From the human T2T-CHM13v2.0 reference genome, Homo sapiens, in the NCBI RefSeq assembly GCF_009914755.1, contig NC_060938.1: a stretch of DNA of 64,000 nucleotides, one strand, 5' to 3'. Under the pieces are notes generated by a model, which was given only the letters and a program-made list of their open reading frames with translations, had not been told where the DNA came from and searched no databases. This document shows, piece by piece, positions 11,296 through 23,803 of this stretch (position 1 is the first letter of the stretch; every line of letters starts with the position of its first letter). A program made the translations under genes and the position numbers.

Positions 11296-13639
11296 CACCA
11301 AAGAATGCAACTCATCCATTAAAAAGAATGAAATCATGTCTTTTGCAACAACATGGATGGAACTGGAGGTCATTGTCCTGAGTGAAATAACTCAGAAACA
11401 GAAACTCAAGTACTATATGCTCTCACTTATAAATGGGAGACTAAAAATGGGTATACATGGACATACAGAGTGAAAGAATAGACATTGGAGACATCAAAAG
11501 TTGCCAGTGGGTTGAGGGTTGAAAAATTACCTGTGGGGTACAATATTCATACTCAGGAGATAGTTACATCAAAAATCAGGACCTCACCACTGTACAATAT
11601 ATCCCTGTAACAAAACTGCACTCATATTCTGTAAATCTGTAAACAACAACAGCAAAAAACAAAAACAGTAACTTACCCCAGGAACAATCCTTCCATCCGC
11701 TTCCCATCACCTTCTCTTCCTCTTTTTTTTCTCTCTCTTTCTCTCTCTCCCTTTCTGTTATTTTTCTCTCTTTCTTATTAATTTTTGGCTTATAGACCGA
11801 AGTTTAGCTTTTTTGCCTACCCACTCCAGCAAGGCAAGGAAATTCTGACTTACTGGGCTTACATGTGCCACCAGTCTTGATTTTAAAGAGTTCTCTTTCT
11901 TTCCTTTTTGGATCAGATGAACTCACTTCCGATACAGAAGTCCATGGAAAGCTAGAAGCGGTATGAATAAGGAGTTGTTTGAGAACTGTTTTAAGAACAT
12001 CAAATAGATCCTCTCCAAATCAACGTAGCTTCAAATGGCTACATTCTGGAGTTTTTTGAGCCATTTGTATTCATTGTTCATGTTCTACTCTCTTCATATA
12101 CTGCAGATCTCAATAGCATACTAATAAAAACCATGGATTTCTTCAAATGTTCCAGTTATTGGAAGGGAAAAACAAAATCTTTTGTTTATTATGAGAAAAT
12201 GAAGTATAAAATATTAAACAAGGTTTTACAGCATTGCTTCAAAAGAAGGCATCAAAAACAAGGAAGGAATCTTACACAGAGAGGAACCTCTCTTTGGTCC
12301 AGGGATGCTTTATCCAGATGGTGTGTGAAAACAGTATCTTGAGTCAATAAGAAAACTGAAATGAAACTATGGGCTTTGATTCACTGATTAATTACACTGA
12401 AGTCGTGCTTCCAAAGGCTACATTTAACTAAAGAGGGTGAAGTCATCTCCGATGGCGAAGTCATGCACTGGGGCAATGTCATCTGACACAATGCCATCTC
12501 TAATGGCAAGGCCCTATGCCAGGTGACATTATCTAAGATGCCGGAGTGAGGTATCATTTCCAAAGGGGACTCAAGTTGACGTAAGTCTTGTTTTTACAGA
12601 CATATAGTATTATAATGAGGCTAATGCTGGAGCTCCAGCATTAGTTTGTAGGCAGTCCTTCTAATTTGGCCAGTTACTAGGGGCTGTTTGCCTCAGTAAT
12701 TAATTTGATTGGTGATGTGAAAGATGGCAAGGTCTTTGGATCATAGGGCTTGTATTAGCCAAACCAGGTGGCATAAGGGCCTCAGAATTTGCAGTGTTTG
12801 GTTGAAACAGCAGTTTGTTTGGAAGGTTTAGGCTTATGGATTGCAAATCAATAAAAGCACCCTGAACAAGAGTAACAAGATCAATAGTCAACACAATCGT
12901 GTGCAGCTGTACTTGGCAGGGTTTTGCTGTCTGATGTTGGTTTTTCTCTGGCATGTAGTATAATCAAGGAAGCATCTGGTTTCATCAGTATGGGATATAG
13001 CGTTGATTTCATTATTATTTCCAAATATATATTTTTTCTTTTACTGAGTAGTGTTTTCTATCTTTTTTTTTTTTGTCGTTGTCAAGACTGTCTGTAAAAG
13101 TGGCCTGGTAGTAATAATTTTAATTTCCTGGAGGGGTTTAGAGGGAGAGCCTGAATTAATTATCTACTTTTATAACCTAAACATTAAGGAGGATTGATGT
13201 GTGGTGGAAGTTTAGAGTCTCAAATAAGATGGACAGCTGCCCGGCCTGTGGGATAAGCCACGGTCAATGGGTCCTAAGAGAATATTCACCCTCAATCTGT
13301 CCTCCAGCTCCTGCATGTTAGCGGCAAAATGGGAAATTTATAAAGCTGTCACTTCAGACATTTAGGTACTGGGAAATAGGTTAGGTCACAGAGTTGTGCT
13401 CAGGTGGTGGAAACTTGGTGAGGACTCAGAACAGAGTTGCACATTTTAGGATGGAAAGCGATGGCAAAACTAAAACAAACAGCATATAGTGGCAGTGGTC
13501 AGAGCTCCAGGACAAGCATGCCAGCAGGCAGCAGTGTCTCCCTAGGCTGCCTCCCCATTTGGTGAACCTAATTGGTAAGCCAAGGGCAGTCTAGTGGCCT
13601 GTCTGTCTATCTGGGGCCAAACTACCCTGTTCACCGTGC

Positions 13640-14090
13640 CACTTGTTTTAACCATATTACTCTGGGTGAGGTATGATAAGGCCAGTCACAGATCTAAAGA
13701 GAGAAAGTGGAAAGAGTTTTACAGATATGTTATAGTCACATTTCCCTGGAGAGAAAAAAGCAGGCTTGGCCGGGCTACTTAGAGGACGAACCTGGGTCAG
13801 GCACAAGGATGACGGAAAGAGGGGAACTGTGGGCAAGTGCCTTTATGGTGGTTTCTGCTGTAATGAAAGGGTGAGATAGGGTAAGCAGGTTTAAGGTGGG
13901 CTGATTTGAATAACTGCAGCCAGGCACTCGTGATTAGGACAGACGTATAGATGCCTGGAGCCTGAAAACTTGATAAGAGTGGTGGTTCGGGGTGTGGACT
14001 CAATCAGCTCCTTGAAAAGTAGAACCGAGCATCCCCTACCCAGGGTCTTAAAACTGGATCAATATAGCATTTTTAAAAGCCGTATTAAAG
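13640..14090 (-). mobile_element. ERVL-class solo LTR (MER54/MER74/MER77-like)
   Basis: ggggaactgtgggcaagtgcctttatggtggtttc...gggtaagcaggtttaagg..gctgatttgaataa matches this LTR group antisense; boundaries approximate. Confidence 0.6.
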
Positions 14091-15172
14091 GTTGTCATTT
14101 CTAAATTTGACTTTCCTCAACACTTGTCTTGCCCCTCTTTGAAATACTAGATATTTGTAGATCTGACATTTCTCCTAAATTTATGGTTTGTGTTAAATTT
14201 ATTTTCTTTTTCTGTGACTAAGTGATTTCAACTTGCACATCCAGATCCTTTTCTATTTTAAGTTGTTTATCAATCCCAGATTGAAAAAGCAAACCAGCCC
14301 TACTTTAAGTATGGTCCACAGATTGCTAGACTTCACATAGTATATGTTACCAATCCACAATGAAGAAGCATGGAAGTGAGTGTATTTCTCAGAGTGATTT
14401 TATGTCTGTTGCAATATATAATAATAAAAAACCTGGCTTGTATTTTGTACATATATTTATTAATTTTACATTTCTATTAATTCATCTTTATAGTATCAAA
14501 AATACTGCCCTATCAGATCATTGTGTGGTTTTCTCCTCCTTCACTTATGTTTCTGTGTAACTTTCTTCTCCACTCTGTTTCAGGGTGTTACTTCTACTTT
14601 TCAAGACTAATTTTCCATAGATGTCTACTAACGTCTTGTCATCTTTCCTCTTGTGGGATAGTTATTATTTGTTTTTACATATCTTTTATTTCTTAATTGA
14701 ATTTTTTCTTCTCCACTGGCTTCTTCCATTCTCATTTAAATTCTCTCTCTCTCACTTCCCCTCCACCCCCCCACTTTCCAACACAAGACTGGTTACCATT
14801 CTATTTGTCTGACACTTCCTCTCTGCTTCCTCCCTTCAGACTGGACTGTTGCACATTTGATGGCATTATTAATACAGGGATTAAATAAGGAGAATAATAA
14901 GGCAATAGCAAGGAGAACAGTGTAAGGATTAGTTTAAAATAAAAATGTCTGAACTGAGAAAAATAAAAAGCTGCGGTAAAACTAATGATAACAATTGCAG
15001 CTATATCTAGAACTTGGCTATAAAGCCCATATAATAATACAAACCTCAGAAATATATATACCAGTCAAGGAAGCATCACTGATACTCATTCATTTATTTC
15101 TAAGCTGCTATGATTATTTTCAGGAATATTAGAGAACAGTTAATATTATTCTGAAGAAATAGGCAGTATAAC

Positions 15173-15518
15173 TGTATTAGACTGTTTTCACACTGCTGAT
15201 AAAGACATATATGAAACTGGGTAATTTATAAAGAAAAAGAGGTTTAATATACTCATAGTTCCACATGGTGGGGGCGGCCTCAAAAGGCACATCTTGCATG
15301 GTGGCAGGCAAGAGAGAGAATGAGAGCCAAGTGAAAGGAGTTTCCCGTTATAAAACCATCAGATCTTATGAGACTTATTCACTACCAAGAGAACAGTATG
15401 GTGGAAGATGACACCATGATTCAGTTATCTCTCACTGGGTCTCTCCCACAACATGTGGGAATTATGGGAGCTACAATTCAAGATGAAATTTGGGTAGGGA
15501 CACAGCCAAACTATATCA
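15173..15518 (-). mobile_element. THE1 (THE1B-like) MaLR solo LTR
   Basis: tgtattag...ccaaactatatca termini; perfect 5-bp TSD ATAAC at 15168-15172 and 15519-15523. Confidence 0.95.
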
Positions 15519-15741
15519 ATAACCATATGTTATTTAATGGAATTTGCATTTTACCACTACTATGTCTAGCACTGGGCCGCTGGATTACCTAATACCTTCT
15601 GAAGCCTTCTGCAAAATGTAACTTAAATGCCATCTCTTCCAAGGAAACTCTAGTTGTTATCAATTATTGATTACCTCAGTTTTCTAAAATTTCATATTGT
15701 TTAAGACTTTTTAAATACTTTGAAATATACATTTTTAAAAA

Positions 15742-15863
15742 TTTTTGAGAAGCGGGGCCTTACTATGCTGCCCAGGTAGGTCTGGAACTCCTGGCCTCAA
15801 GTATTCCTCCTGTCTCAGCCTCCAGATTATCTGGAATTACATGTTTGCACCATTGTACCCAGC
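15742..15863 (-). mobile_element. Free left Alu monomer (FLAM-like)
   Basis: tatgctgcccagg...gaactcctggcctcaagtattcctcctgtctcagcctcc...; single monomer. Confidence 0.85.
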
Positions 15864-16160
15864 ATAATATTTTTTTAACTTTATATATAACTGATTAATT
15901 TTGTATTGCTTCTACTATAGAAAGCAATTCTGTCATCACTAAGTTTGTCATTGTGGCATAGTTGTATAAATGTATAAAAGACCTGATGCTGTGGTAAGAT
16001 ATTCAGATGATATTTACAAATGTTTAGATAAAAATATTTGAATAGCTGTGTAATAATTACTGAAATATTTAGTTTCATAAAGGGAAGTGATATGAAGTGA
16101 TTATATTGAAACATAAATGAAATTTTATTAGTAATTAGTGAATATCATAAGCTTTATTGA

Positions 16161-16539
<379 letters not shown>

Positions 16540-17589
16540 GTCTATGTCTATTTTTAAATTTGTATCTACAATTTCTTCTTGTGTTTTTTTCTCCCATTTT
16601 CTTGTTTTTGTCTTTAACCACTTTGCCTTTATTTCTACTTTTTATTTCTTTTTTTCTGTAGTCAACATTTTTTCTTTTTTTACATATTTCGTATTGTTCT
16701 TTCATCAGCTCATCATTATAGAAAATAAAGAGCCAATGTTTTTCCAAGATAAGTATTATTCTCAATGCAATGTGTCCCTCATTTCTTCACTAAGCACACT
16801 CCAACATTTTCATTAAAGTTTCTTATTTTGTGTGTTCCTTTACATATATATTTGGCTTCTGGGCCAGTATTCCTCACAACCTTCAACAAAACCATTTGCT
16901 GATCTTGCCTTTGTGCAAGTAATATCTCCATTTTATTATAAATGCATAAAATTCATGGCCTATTCAATAGCCAAATGACACAGATGATATATTACAGTAA
17001 TATAGTCTCCCTGATAATAAGCATGAGTTAAATGACGACTTTTTGATCATCAGGAAAATGCACACTCTTAGAATTTACTCCAGAAATTGCAAAGAATGTC
17101 ATCTAGATCTCTGCATTTTTGAAAGTAGAAGCTATTAACATTCTTTCTGATAATCATCTAATTTCTATAATTGGATTTGTGGCCTTTGAGGCATGAAGAA
17201 GGGATTGCGACAAATATATTTGTTTTAAAAATTCATGCTCTAAAGTTACTATTTGACTTTTTTCAAGGAATCATGTAATGATTTTCATTGAAACTGATTT
17301 TTTAAAAAGAGCTTTGGCTTTAACTACGGGGTTATATAAAATTTAAAGAATGAGAAGAATTTTCTTTTACAGTTTATATTTGCATGTTCTCTTTTACCCA
17401 AATTCACAATGCTATTGCTGCAAATTTCATTGTTCATCATTAGGGTTAATACTCTCGGAAAAGCAAGTCATATGTGTCTGCAGAAGGCATCTGGCACATG
17501 TTTCTAATACATAATATTCTTTCTGAATGAATAAATTAATGCATGAATAAAATAATACATTTGGAACTATATTATTGACTCTGATAAGC

Positions 17590-17795
17590 AATCAGAGCCA
17601 TACTGCATAATTTCAAGACATGTGGCATTGAGTAAATTACCTCAATTTCTAATCCTCAATATATTCTGCTAAATGGGAATGAAAATAGTGCTTAGTTCAC
17701 AGAGGCATTTTAAAGATTATTTGAGAAACTTTATATTAAAATTATTATCAAAATATCTGACATAAAATGAACTTTCAGTAAATATTAGTTTTTAT
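17590..17795 (+). mobile_element. MIR
   Basis: tgtggcattgagtaaattacc...ctcaat...ctaaatgggaatgaaaatagt...tcacagagg...tgacataaaatgaactttcagtaaatattag. Confidence 0.65.
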
Positions 17796-18989
17796 TTGAA
17801 AGCAATTATAGAAATAATATAATATTTTTTCTACATTTTCACATTGGTTAGTACAATAGAAGAAATAATTCCTTAAACATAACTTAAAACATCAAGTAAG
17901 TGAGAAAGTTGGGATTCAAACCCACATTTATTTGACCCCAGAGGTAATAGTCATTAACAGCCATTAAAAAATATCAACACATTGGAATGAAATATAACAG
18001 ACCAAGAAAATAAAATAGAGAGAAGACTTTGAGAGAGACAATCAACTATGCAATTATGTTCTTTAAATCCATTTTCCCATTTCCTGTATGAACCAACTAT
18101 GTCAGCAATAACTTAATGAATCCTTAGAAAACCACGCTGATGTGCTCTAGGTAGCTTTAAAATAATCAGCTAAGAATACCATACATAATAAGAGAATAGA
18201 TATAGGGATAGTAAACTGCCCACAAAGCAATCACTTCTGATCTATCCAAAGACTGGTAAAGCTGTAAATGATGATTCAAAAGAGAAACAAGTAATCTATA
18301 TTTGTTGCAATTTCTTACTGCTATGAGCTATGGTAAAATTAACTATACTGTGTAAAACTGCCCTTTCCTCAATTTATCAAGTTTAAATTGCTTAAGATCA
18401 AGCAAGTTATTCCTAATGATCTCTATATTTCACTTATTTCCCTTTCTTTACTGCAAAGGTGCCCAGGATCAAAAAGAGATACTAATGTTAGAGGAAACAG
18501 AAGCAGAGTGAACTGGTTTTATCTCATGCAAGCTTTCATCTAATTTAACCTAGGACCCAAGCCTCTCTTGCGTTAGAACATTGAACCTGGGGCATTGTTA
18601 CAACATCTCAGAAAAAACAATAGAGAGATAGCTGGATTTTTCTTCCAAGAGAAGCTAAGGTCTTTTTCCAGCTTTGATGATATAGATGAAAGAAGTAGAA
18701 GAGAGAGCCCCACAGATGTACTTCAGTCACTTATAGTAATCCTCACAGAGACAAAATATTGTTGTTGTGAATGACTGAAACTATACAACTTTTTAAAATT
18801 AAATGCATTCACTCATTACTCTCTATTATAGAAACAAAAGGAGAGGAAGGAAAGAGGGAAGACAGGCTGGCTTCTACTTTGGACAGACTTCTACTTCAGA
18901 AGCATGGACTAGATCATAGCAGCCTAATACCATTTGTTAAAAATGGCCAATGGTTCAAAAAGCTACAAACACATTTTCAATATTTTATA

Positions 18990-20420
18990 TTTATTTTTGA
19001 AATTTTGATTTACAATTTTAAATAATTTCTCAGGAAAATTTGCAAACTACTATAAAGAATTCTGTGTAACCTTCACCCAGATTTCTCAAATGACAGAGTC
19101 TACGATAGTAAAATGATAAAAATTAACCAGGAATTTAATGATATCCTACTTGTAAATTATCTGCTTACTCTGTTCGCATTTCACCAACTGCCCTGTTAAT
19201 GCTACTTTCAGCTCAGAATCCAATCAGAATCATACATTGAATTTAGTTGTCATGTCTCTTATTGTCCAATTTGACATATTTCCTCAATCCTTTCTTCATG
19301 ACCTTGACAACTTTGAGAATTTCATCTTGTGGGATTTCTCCATTGGGTTTGGCTGATGACTCTTGATTAAATTTAGCTTATCCATTTTTGGTAGGAATAA
19401 CACAGAAGTAATGTATGCCTTTTCAGTGTGTCATAACAGGAGATACGTGATATGTCACATTATTAGTGATGTAAAATTTCATCCCTTTGTTATGGCTTTA
19501 TTTGCCAGTTTTCTCTACTAAAAGTTCCTTTTGTCCCTTTACAGTTAATATCTTATGGGGTGTTGTTAATATCATGTATCTATCTTGTTTCTATCATACT
19601 TTTGCTTACCAGTTATAGCATTCAATAGTGATTTTTGCCTTCAACAAATATTACTGTGTTGTTTGTCAAATGGCGATTTTCTATTTTCATAATGTCTCCA
19701 TTTAGTAATTCAAATTCTACTTGCAAGCCTCTAACCTGTTATTGTTTCCTAGTAATGGAGAGAAAGAGACAAAGATAAACAGAGAGAAAGAGAGAGATTC
19801 CTACATCTATCTTATTGTGTGTTTCTGTGTAAACAACCATAAACTCATATTGATAACACCAATTGTAATCCAAGACCAGAGGGTTTATTCTAGTCTTCCC
19901 GCCTTTTCTGTCTGTAACTCTTTTTTCTCGTATTTATTAAGAAATTAGGATCTTATTATGTATATTACATTTACTTTTGTGCTCAATTCTAGAATATAAC
20001 GAAAGTAATTTCAGAATTGCTAACTCATATTCTTATGAAAAATTTGTTAACTGGAGTACAATATTTGTGTATAGTACTTTTTGTCTTTCAACTTAGATCA
20101 TATGACCAAAACACTGTCAACTGTAGTGAGGTTAGTTATTTTGTTCTCTGCAATTTTCAATGTTTTAATATTATTTACTTATAGTACTTATGTTAATTTG
20201 TTTCTATTTGTATTGTGTTGGAGTTTCCACCCACATCCAGATTGAATTTATGTATGCATGCATGTATATATTTATATTCTAGTTTTTGTAATGTTGACAT
20301 GGCTTTAAAAGTAATAAATAAAGAATTATGCTCAGAAAAGTGTCACTCTATTTGTTTATCCTGTCCCCATTCGTCCATTCATTCCACTCCATTCCCACCT
20401 ACACTTTTAGGTAACATATG
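18990..20420 (-). mobile_element. L1MC-type 3' end
   Basis: gaaaatttgcaaactactataaagaattctgtgtaaccttcacccagatt and aatccaatcagaatcatacattgaatttagttgtcatgtctc are antisense L1MC 3'UTR motifs. Confidence 0.7.
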
Positions 20421-20461
20421 AATTTTCATATTTCCATGGCTTTCTTGCATAAAGGTGGCAT

Positions 20462-20953
20462 TGTGGCAGGTAGACTAATGCCTCCCATTAGTGATGCCCA
20501 AATCCTAATCCCTGGAAATGGATTACACCGCAGCAAAAGAGACTTTGAAGATGCGATTAGGGTTAAGGAACTTGAAATGGGTTATTATTCTGAATTATCC
20601 AGAGGGGTGCAATCAAATCATACAACTGCTTAAAAGCAGAGACCCTTTTCTGGGTGTGGTGAAAGAGACAAGAGAAGAAGAACCAGAAAAACTAAATATT
20701 GTTGGCTTTGAAGATGAAGAAGGAGAGTCAGAAGCTATGAAATGTGGCTATCCTCTAGAAGCAGGACAAGGCAAGGAAATGGGTGATCTTCTAGAGCCTC
20801 CAGAAGGAGAGCAGCCCTGCCTACACCTTGAGTTTAGCCAACTGAGATTTATATTGGACTTCAGACCTATAGTATTGCCAAATAATAAATTTACATGGCT
20901 TAAGCCACTAAGTTTGTGGTAATTTGTTATAGCAGCAATACAAAATTAATACT
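20462..20953 (+). mobile_element. MLT1D-like MaLR solo LTR
   Basis: tgtggcaggtaga...ctttgaagatg...ctagagcctccagaagg...aagccactaagtttgtggtaatttgttatagcagcaata..aattaatac. Confidence 0.88.
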
Positions 20954-20954
20954 A

Positions 20955-21445
20955 ATCTTTCTTTTGCATTTAATGTTTTCACTTAAAAATATAATTTGCA
21001 AATGATACAATGTCATTTCATAGATTCTTTTTTATTATTTTTAACCCTGTATAGCATTCCATTGTGTGGGCCTAATATGATTTACTCAACAACTTTATGT
21101 ATGAGTCTTTAGTCTTTTTCAATGTTTTTCAATTATACACAATGCTACAATTAACAACGGTGCATATATATTTCCATCTTATTGAAAGTTAACCTTCAGT
21201 ACAAATTCCCAGAAAAAATATTGCTGTATCAAAAAAGTGCATCAGTAGTTTTGTTATATTTTGTTAAATTAGCATACAAAAGAGTTGTAATAATTTTTAT
21301 TCCCAACAATGTGTGAGAGCCTAATTGCTCACAATCTCACAGATGTGTAATATTACTTTTAAAATTGTATTTCTTTCAATGTGTTAAATGAGTAATGGTA
21401 ACTGTGTTATTTTAGTTTGTGATTATCTTAATTATCAGTGAGTTT
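20955..21445 (-). mobile_element. Ancient L1 (L1ME/MC-type) fragment
   Basis: attccattgtgtgg...aatgctacaattaac...tcccaacaatgtgtgagag antisense L1 3' ORF2/UTR pattern. Confidence 0.55.
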
Positions 21446-22534
21446 TAATGTATCTTTAAATCTTTTACTGTGGTTAATAAAATCAAACAATAAGTTTACC
21501 ATCTTAACTATTTTTAGTATGTCATTCAATAGTGTTAAACATATTCACATTGCTGTGCAACAAATTCCTAGAAATTTCTCATCTTGCAACACTGAAATTT
21601 TATACCCACTAAACACGAATTCTGTCTCCCACATCTCCCTAGCCCTTGACGAAGACCTTTTACTTTCTGTTTCTCTGATTTTGACTACTTTAGTCATTTC
21701 ACATGAGTAGAATGGTAGCATTTGTCTATTGTGACAAATATTATTTTTGCTTAGCTTAATGTCCTTAAGGTCCATACATGCTATGGCATGTGATATAATT
21801 TCTTTTTTTATATAAGGCTGAATAATATTCCACTGTGTGTGTATGTGTTTTACATTTTCTTTATCCATTCATTTGTTTGTGGACATATAGGTTGCTTCTG
21901 CTTCTTGGCTATTGTGAATAATGTTGGAATGAACATGGGTATGCAGCTATCTCTTTAAGATATCTTTAAATTTTTTGAATATATGTTCAAACATGGGATT
22001 GATGAATCATATGGTAATTATATTTCTGGGTTTTTCTTTGAGGAAAAAATCAATGTTTTTCCATAAAGACTGTACCATTTTACATTCCCACCAACAATGT
22101 ACAAGGGTTATATTTCTCTGCATCTTGACCAACATTTATGATTTTCTGTTCTTCTGATAGTGACCACTCTAATGGATGTGAGATGATACCTCGTTGTGGT
22201 TTTAATTTGAATTTTTCTTATACTTAGTGATGTTGAGCATCTTTTCATATGCTTGTAGGCCATTTTCATATGTTTTTTGGATGATTGTCTATTTAAGTCT
22301 GCTGTCCATTTTTAATTGATCTATTTGGTTCTTGTGTGTATGGTTATAGAGCTTATATATTCTGAATATATATATATCATATATATTAATATATATATTC
22401 AGTATATTAATGTCTCAGTTTTCATATATAATTTGCAAATATTTTCTCTTGTTCTGTAAGTTACCTTTTTACTCTGTTGACTGCTTTGACATGCAAAAGT
22501 TTCTGTTTGTTGTAGGCCTATTAATTTATTTTTG

Positions 22535-22849
22535 TTTTTTTGTTTGTTTGTTTTTTTGAGGTGGTGTCTCGCTCTATTGCCCAGGCTGGAGTGCAGTGGC
22601 GCGATCTCAGCTCACGGCAAGCTCCGCCTCCTGGGTTCACACCATTGTCCTGCCTCAGCCTCCTGAGTAGCTGGGACTACAGGTGCCTGCCACCACGGCT
22701 GGCTAATTTTTCTTTTTCTTTTTGTATTTTTATTAGAGACGGGGTTTCACCGTGTTAGCCAGGATGGTCTCGATCTTCTGACCTTGTGATCTGCCGGCCT
22801 CAGCCTCCCAAAGTGCTGGGATTACAGGCATGAGCCACCGTGCCCGGCC
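22535..22849 (-). mobile_element. AluY
   Basis: gcaagctccgcctcctgggttcacaccatt, ccgtgttagccaggatggtctcgatct diagnostics; short TSD tatttttg at 22527-22534 and 22850-22857. Confidence 0.95.
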
Positions 22850-23747
22850 TATTTTTGCTTTTATTGCTTGTGCTGTTGATATCATATCCAAGATATCATT
22901 GCCAAATGAAAATTCATGAAGCTTTTCCCTAAGTTTTCTTTTAGAAGTTTTATTTCAGGTCTTACATTTAAATCTTTAATCCACTTTGAATTTATTTTTG
23001 TAATGATGTAAGGTAGTGATCCATCTTTATTTTCTTGCATGTAGATATTCAGTTTTCTCAACTTTATTATTTAAGAGACCGTCTTTACTTATTGTGTAAT
23101 CCTGGTAACTTCGTTGAAAAGCATTTGGCCATATATGCATAGGTTTCTTTCTAGGCTAGATATTCTGTTCCATTGGTCTATATATTTGTCTTTACACTGG
23201 TACCACACAGTATTAACGACTATAACTTTGTAGTATGCTTGGATATTAGAAAGTGTGAGAACTCTGACATTGTCTTTCTTTCTCAAAATTGCTTTGGCTA
23301 TTTTCAGGGCCAGATAAAGGGCTAAATTCATGGCCCCTTGAAATTCCATATGAAATTTAGATCCTTTTCTCAATTTCCACAATAAATACCATTGACATTT
23401 TGTCAGTGGTTGCACTGACTTTGCAGATCACTTTGGGGATATGGATATTTTAACAATATTTAGCGATTAAGCCCTCCAATCCATGAGCATGAGATTTCCA
23501 TTTATTTGTGTCTTCTTTGATTTTTTTAACCAGTGCTTTTTTACTTTTCTGTGTACAAGTGTTTTCACCTCCTTCATTAAGTTTATTATCAAGTATTTTA
23601 TCATTTTTAATGATATAGTAAATGCAATTGTTTTCTTCATGTTTTCAAATTCATAATTGTTAATGTATAGAAATGCACCTATTTTCAGGTGTGTGTTGAT
23701 TTTCCTTTTCCCCAACTTTCTTGAAATCTTGTATTAATTGTTATAAT

Positions 23748-23803
23748 TTTTATACAGTCTTTGGCATTTTCTACATTTTATACAGTCTTTGGCATTTTCT
23801 ACA
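23748..23803. repeat. Perfect 28-bp tandem duplication
   Basis: ttttatacagtctttggcattttctaca x2. Confidence 0.95.

Larger units (their letters stand above)
9251..11669 (+). mobile_element. 5'-inverted (twin-primed), 5'-truncated L1MA (L1MA1-3-like); inverted part 9251-~9858, sense part ~9860-11669
   Basis: Minus ORF 9270-9551 is RT ([26 protein letters not shown]); plus ORF 10112-10336 continues ORF2; L1MA 3'UTR 11300-11640; flanking duplication aacttacccc(t)agga at 9236-9250 and 11670-11683. Confidence 0.9.

Noticed and set aside
10504-11381. Longest ORFs (188 and 225 aa, Y/I/H-rich repeats)
   Set aside because: Read-through of the 32-bp TA-rich minisatellite; no coding signal.
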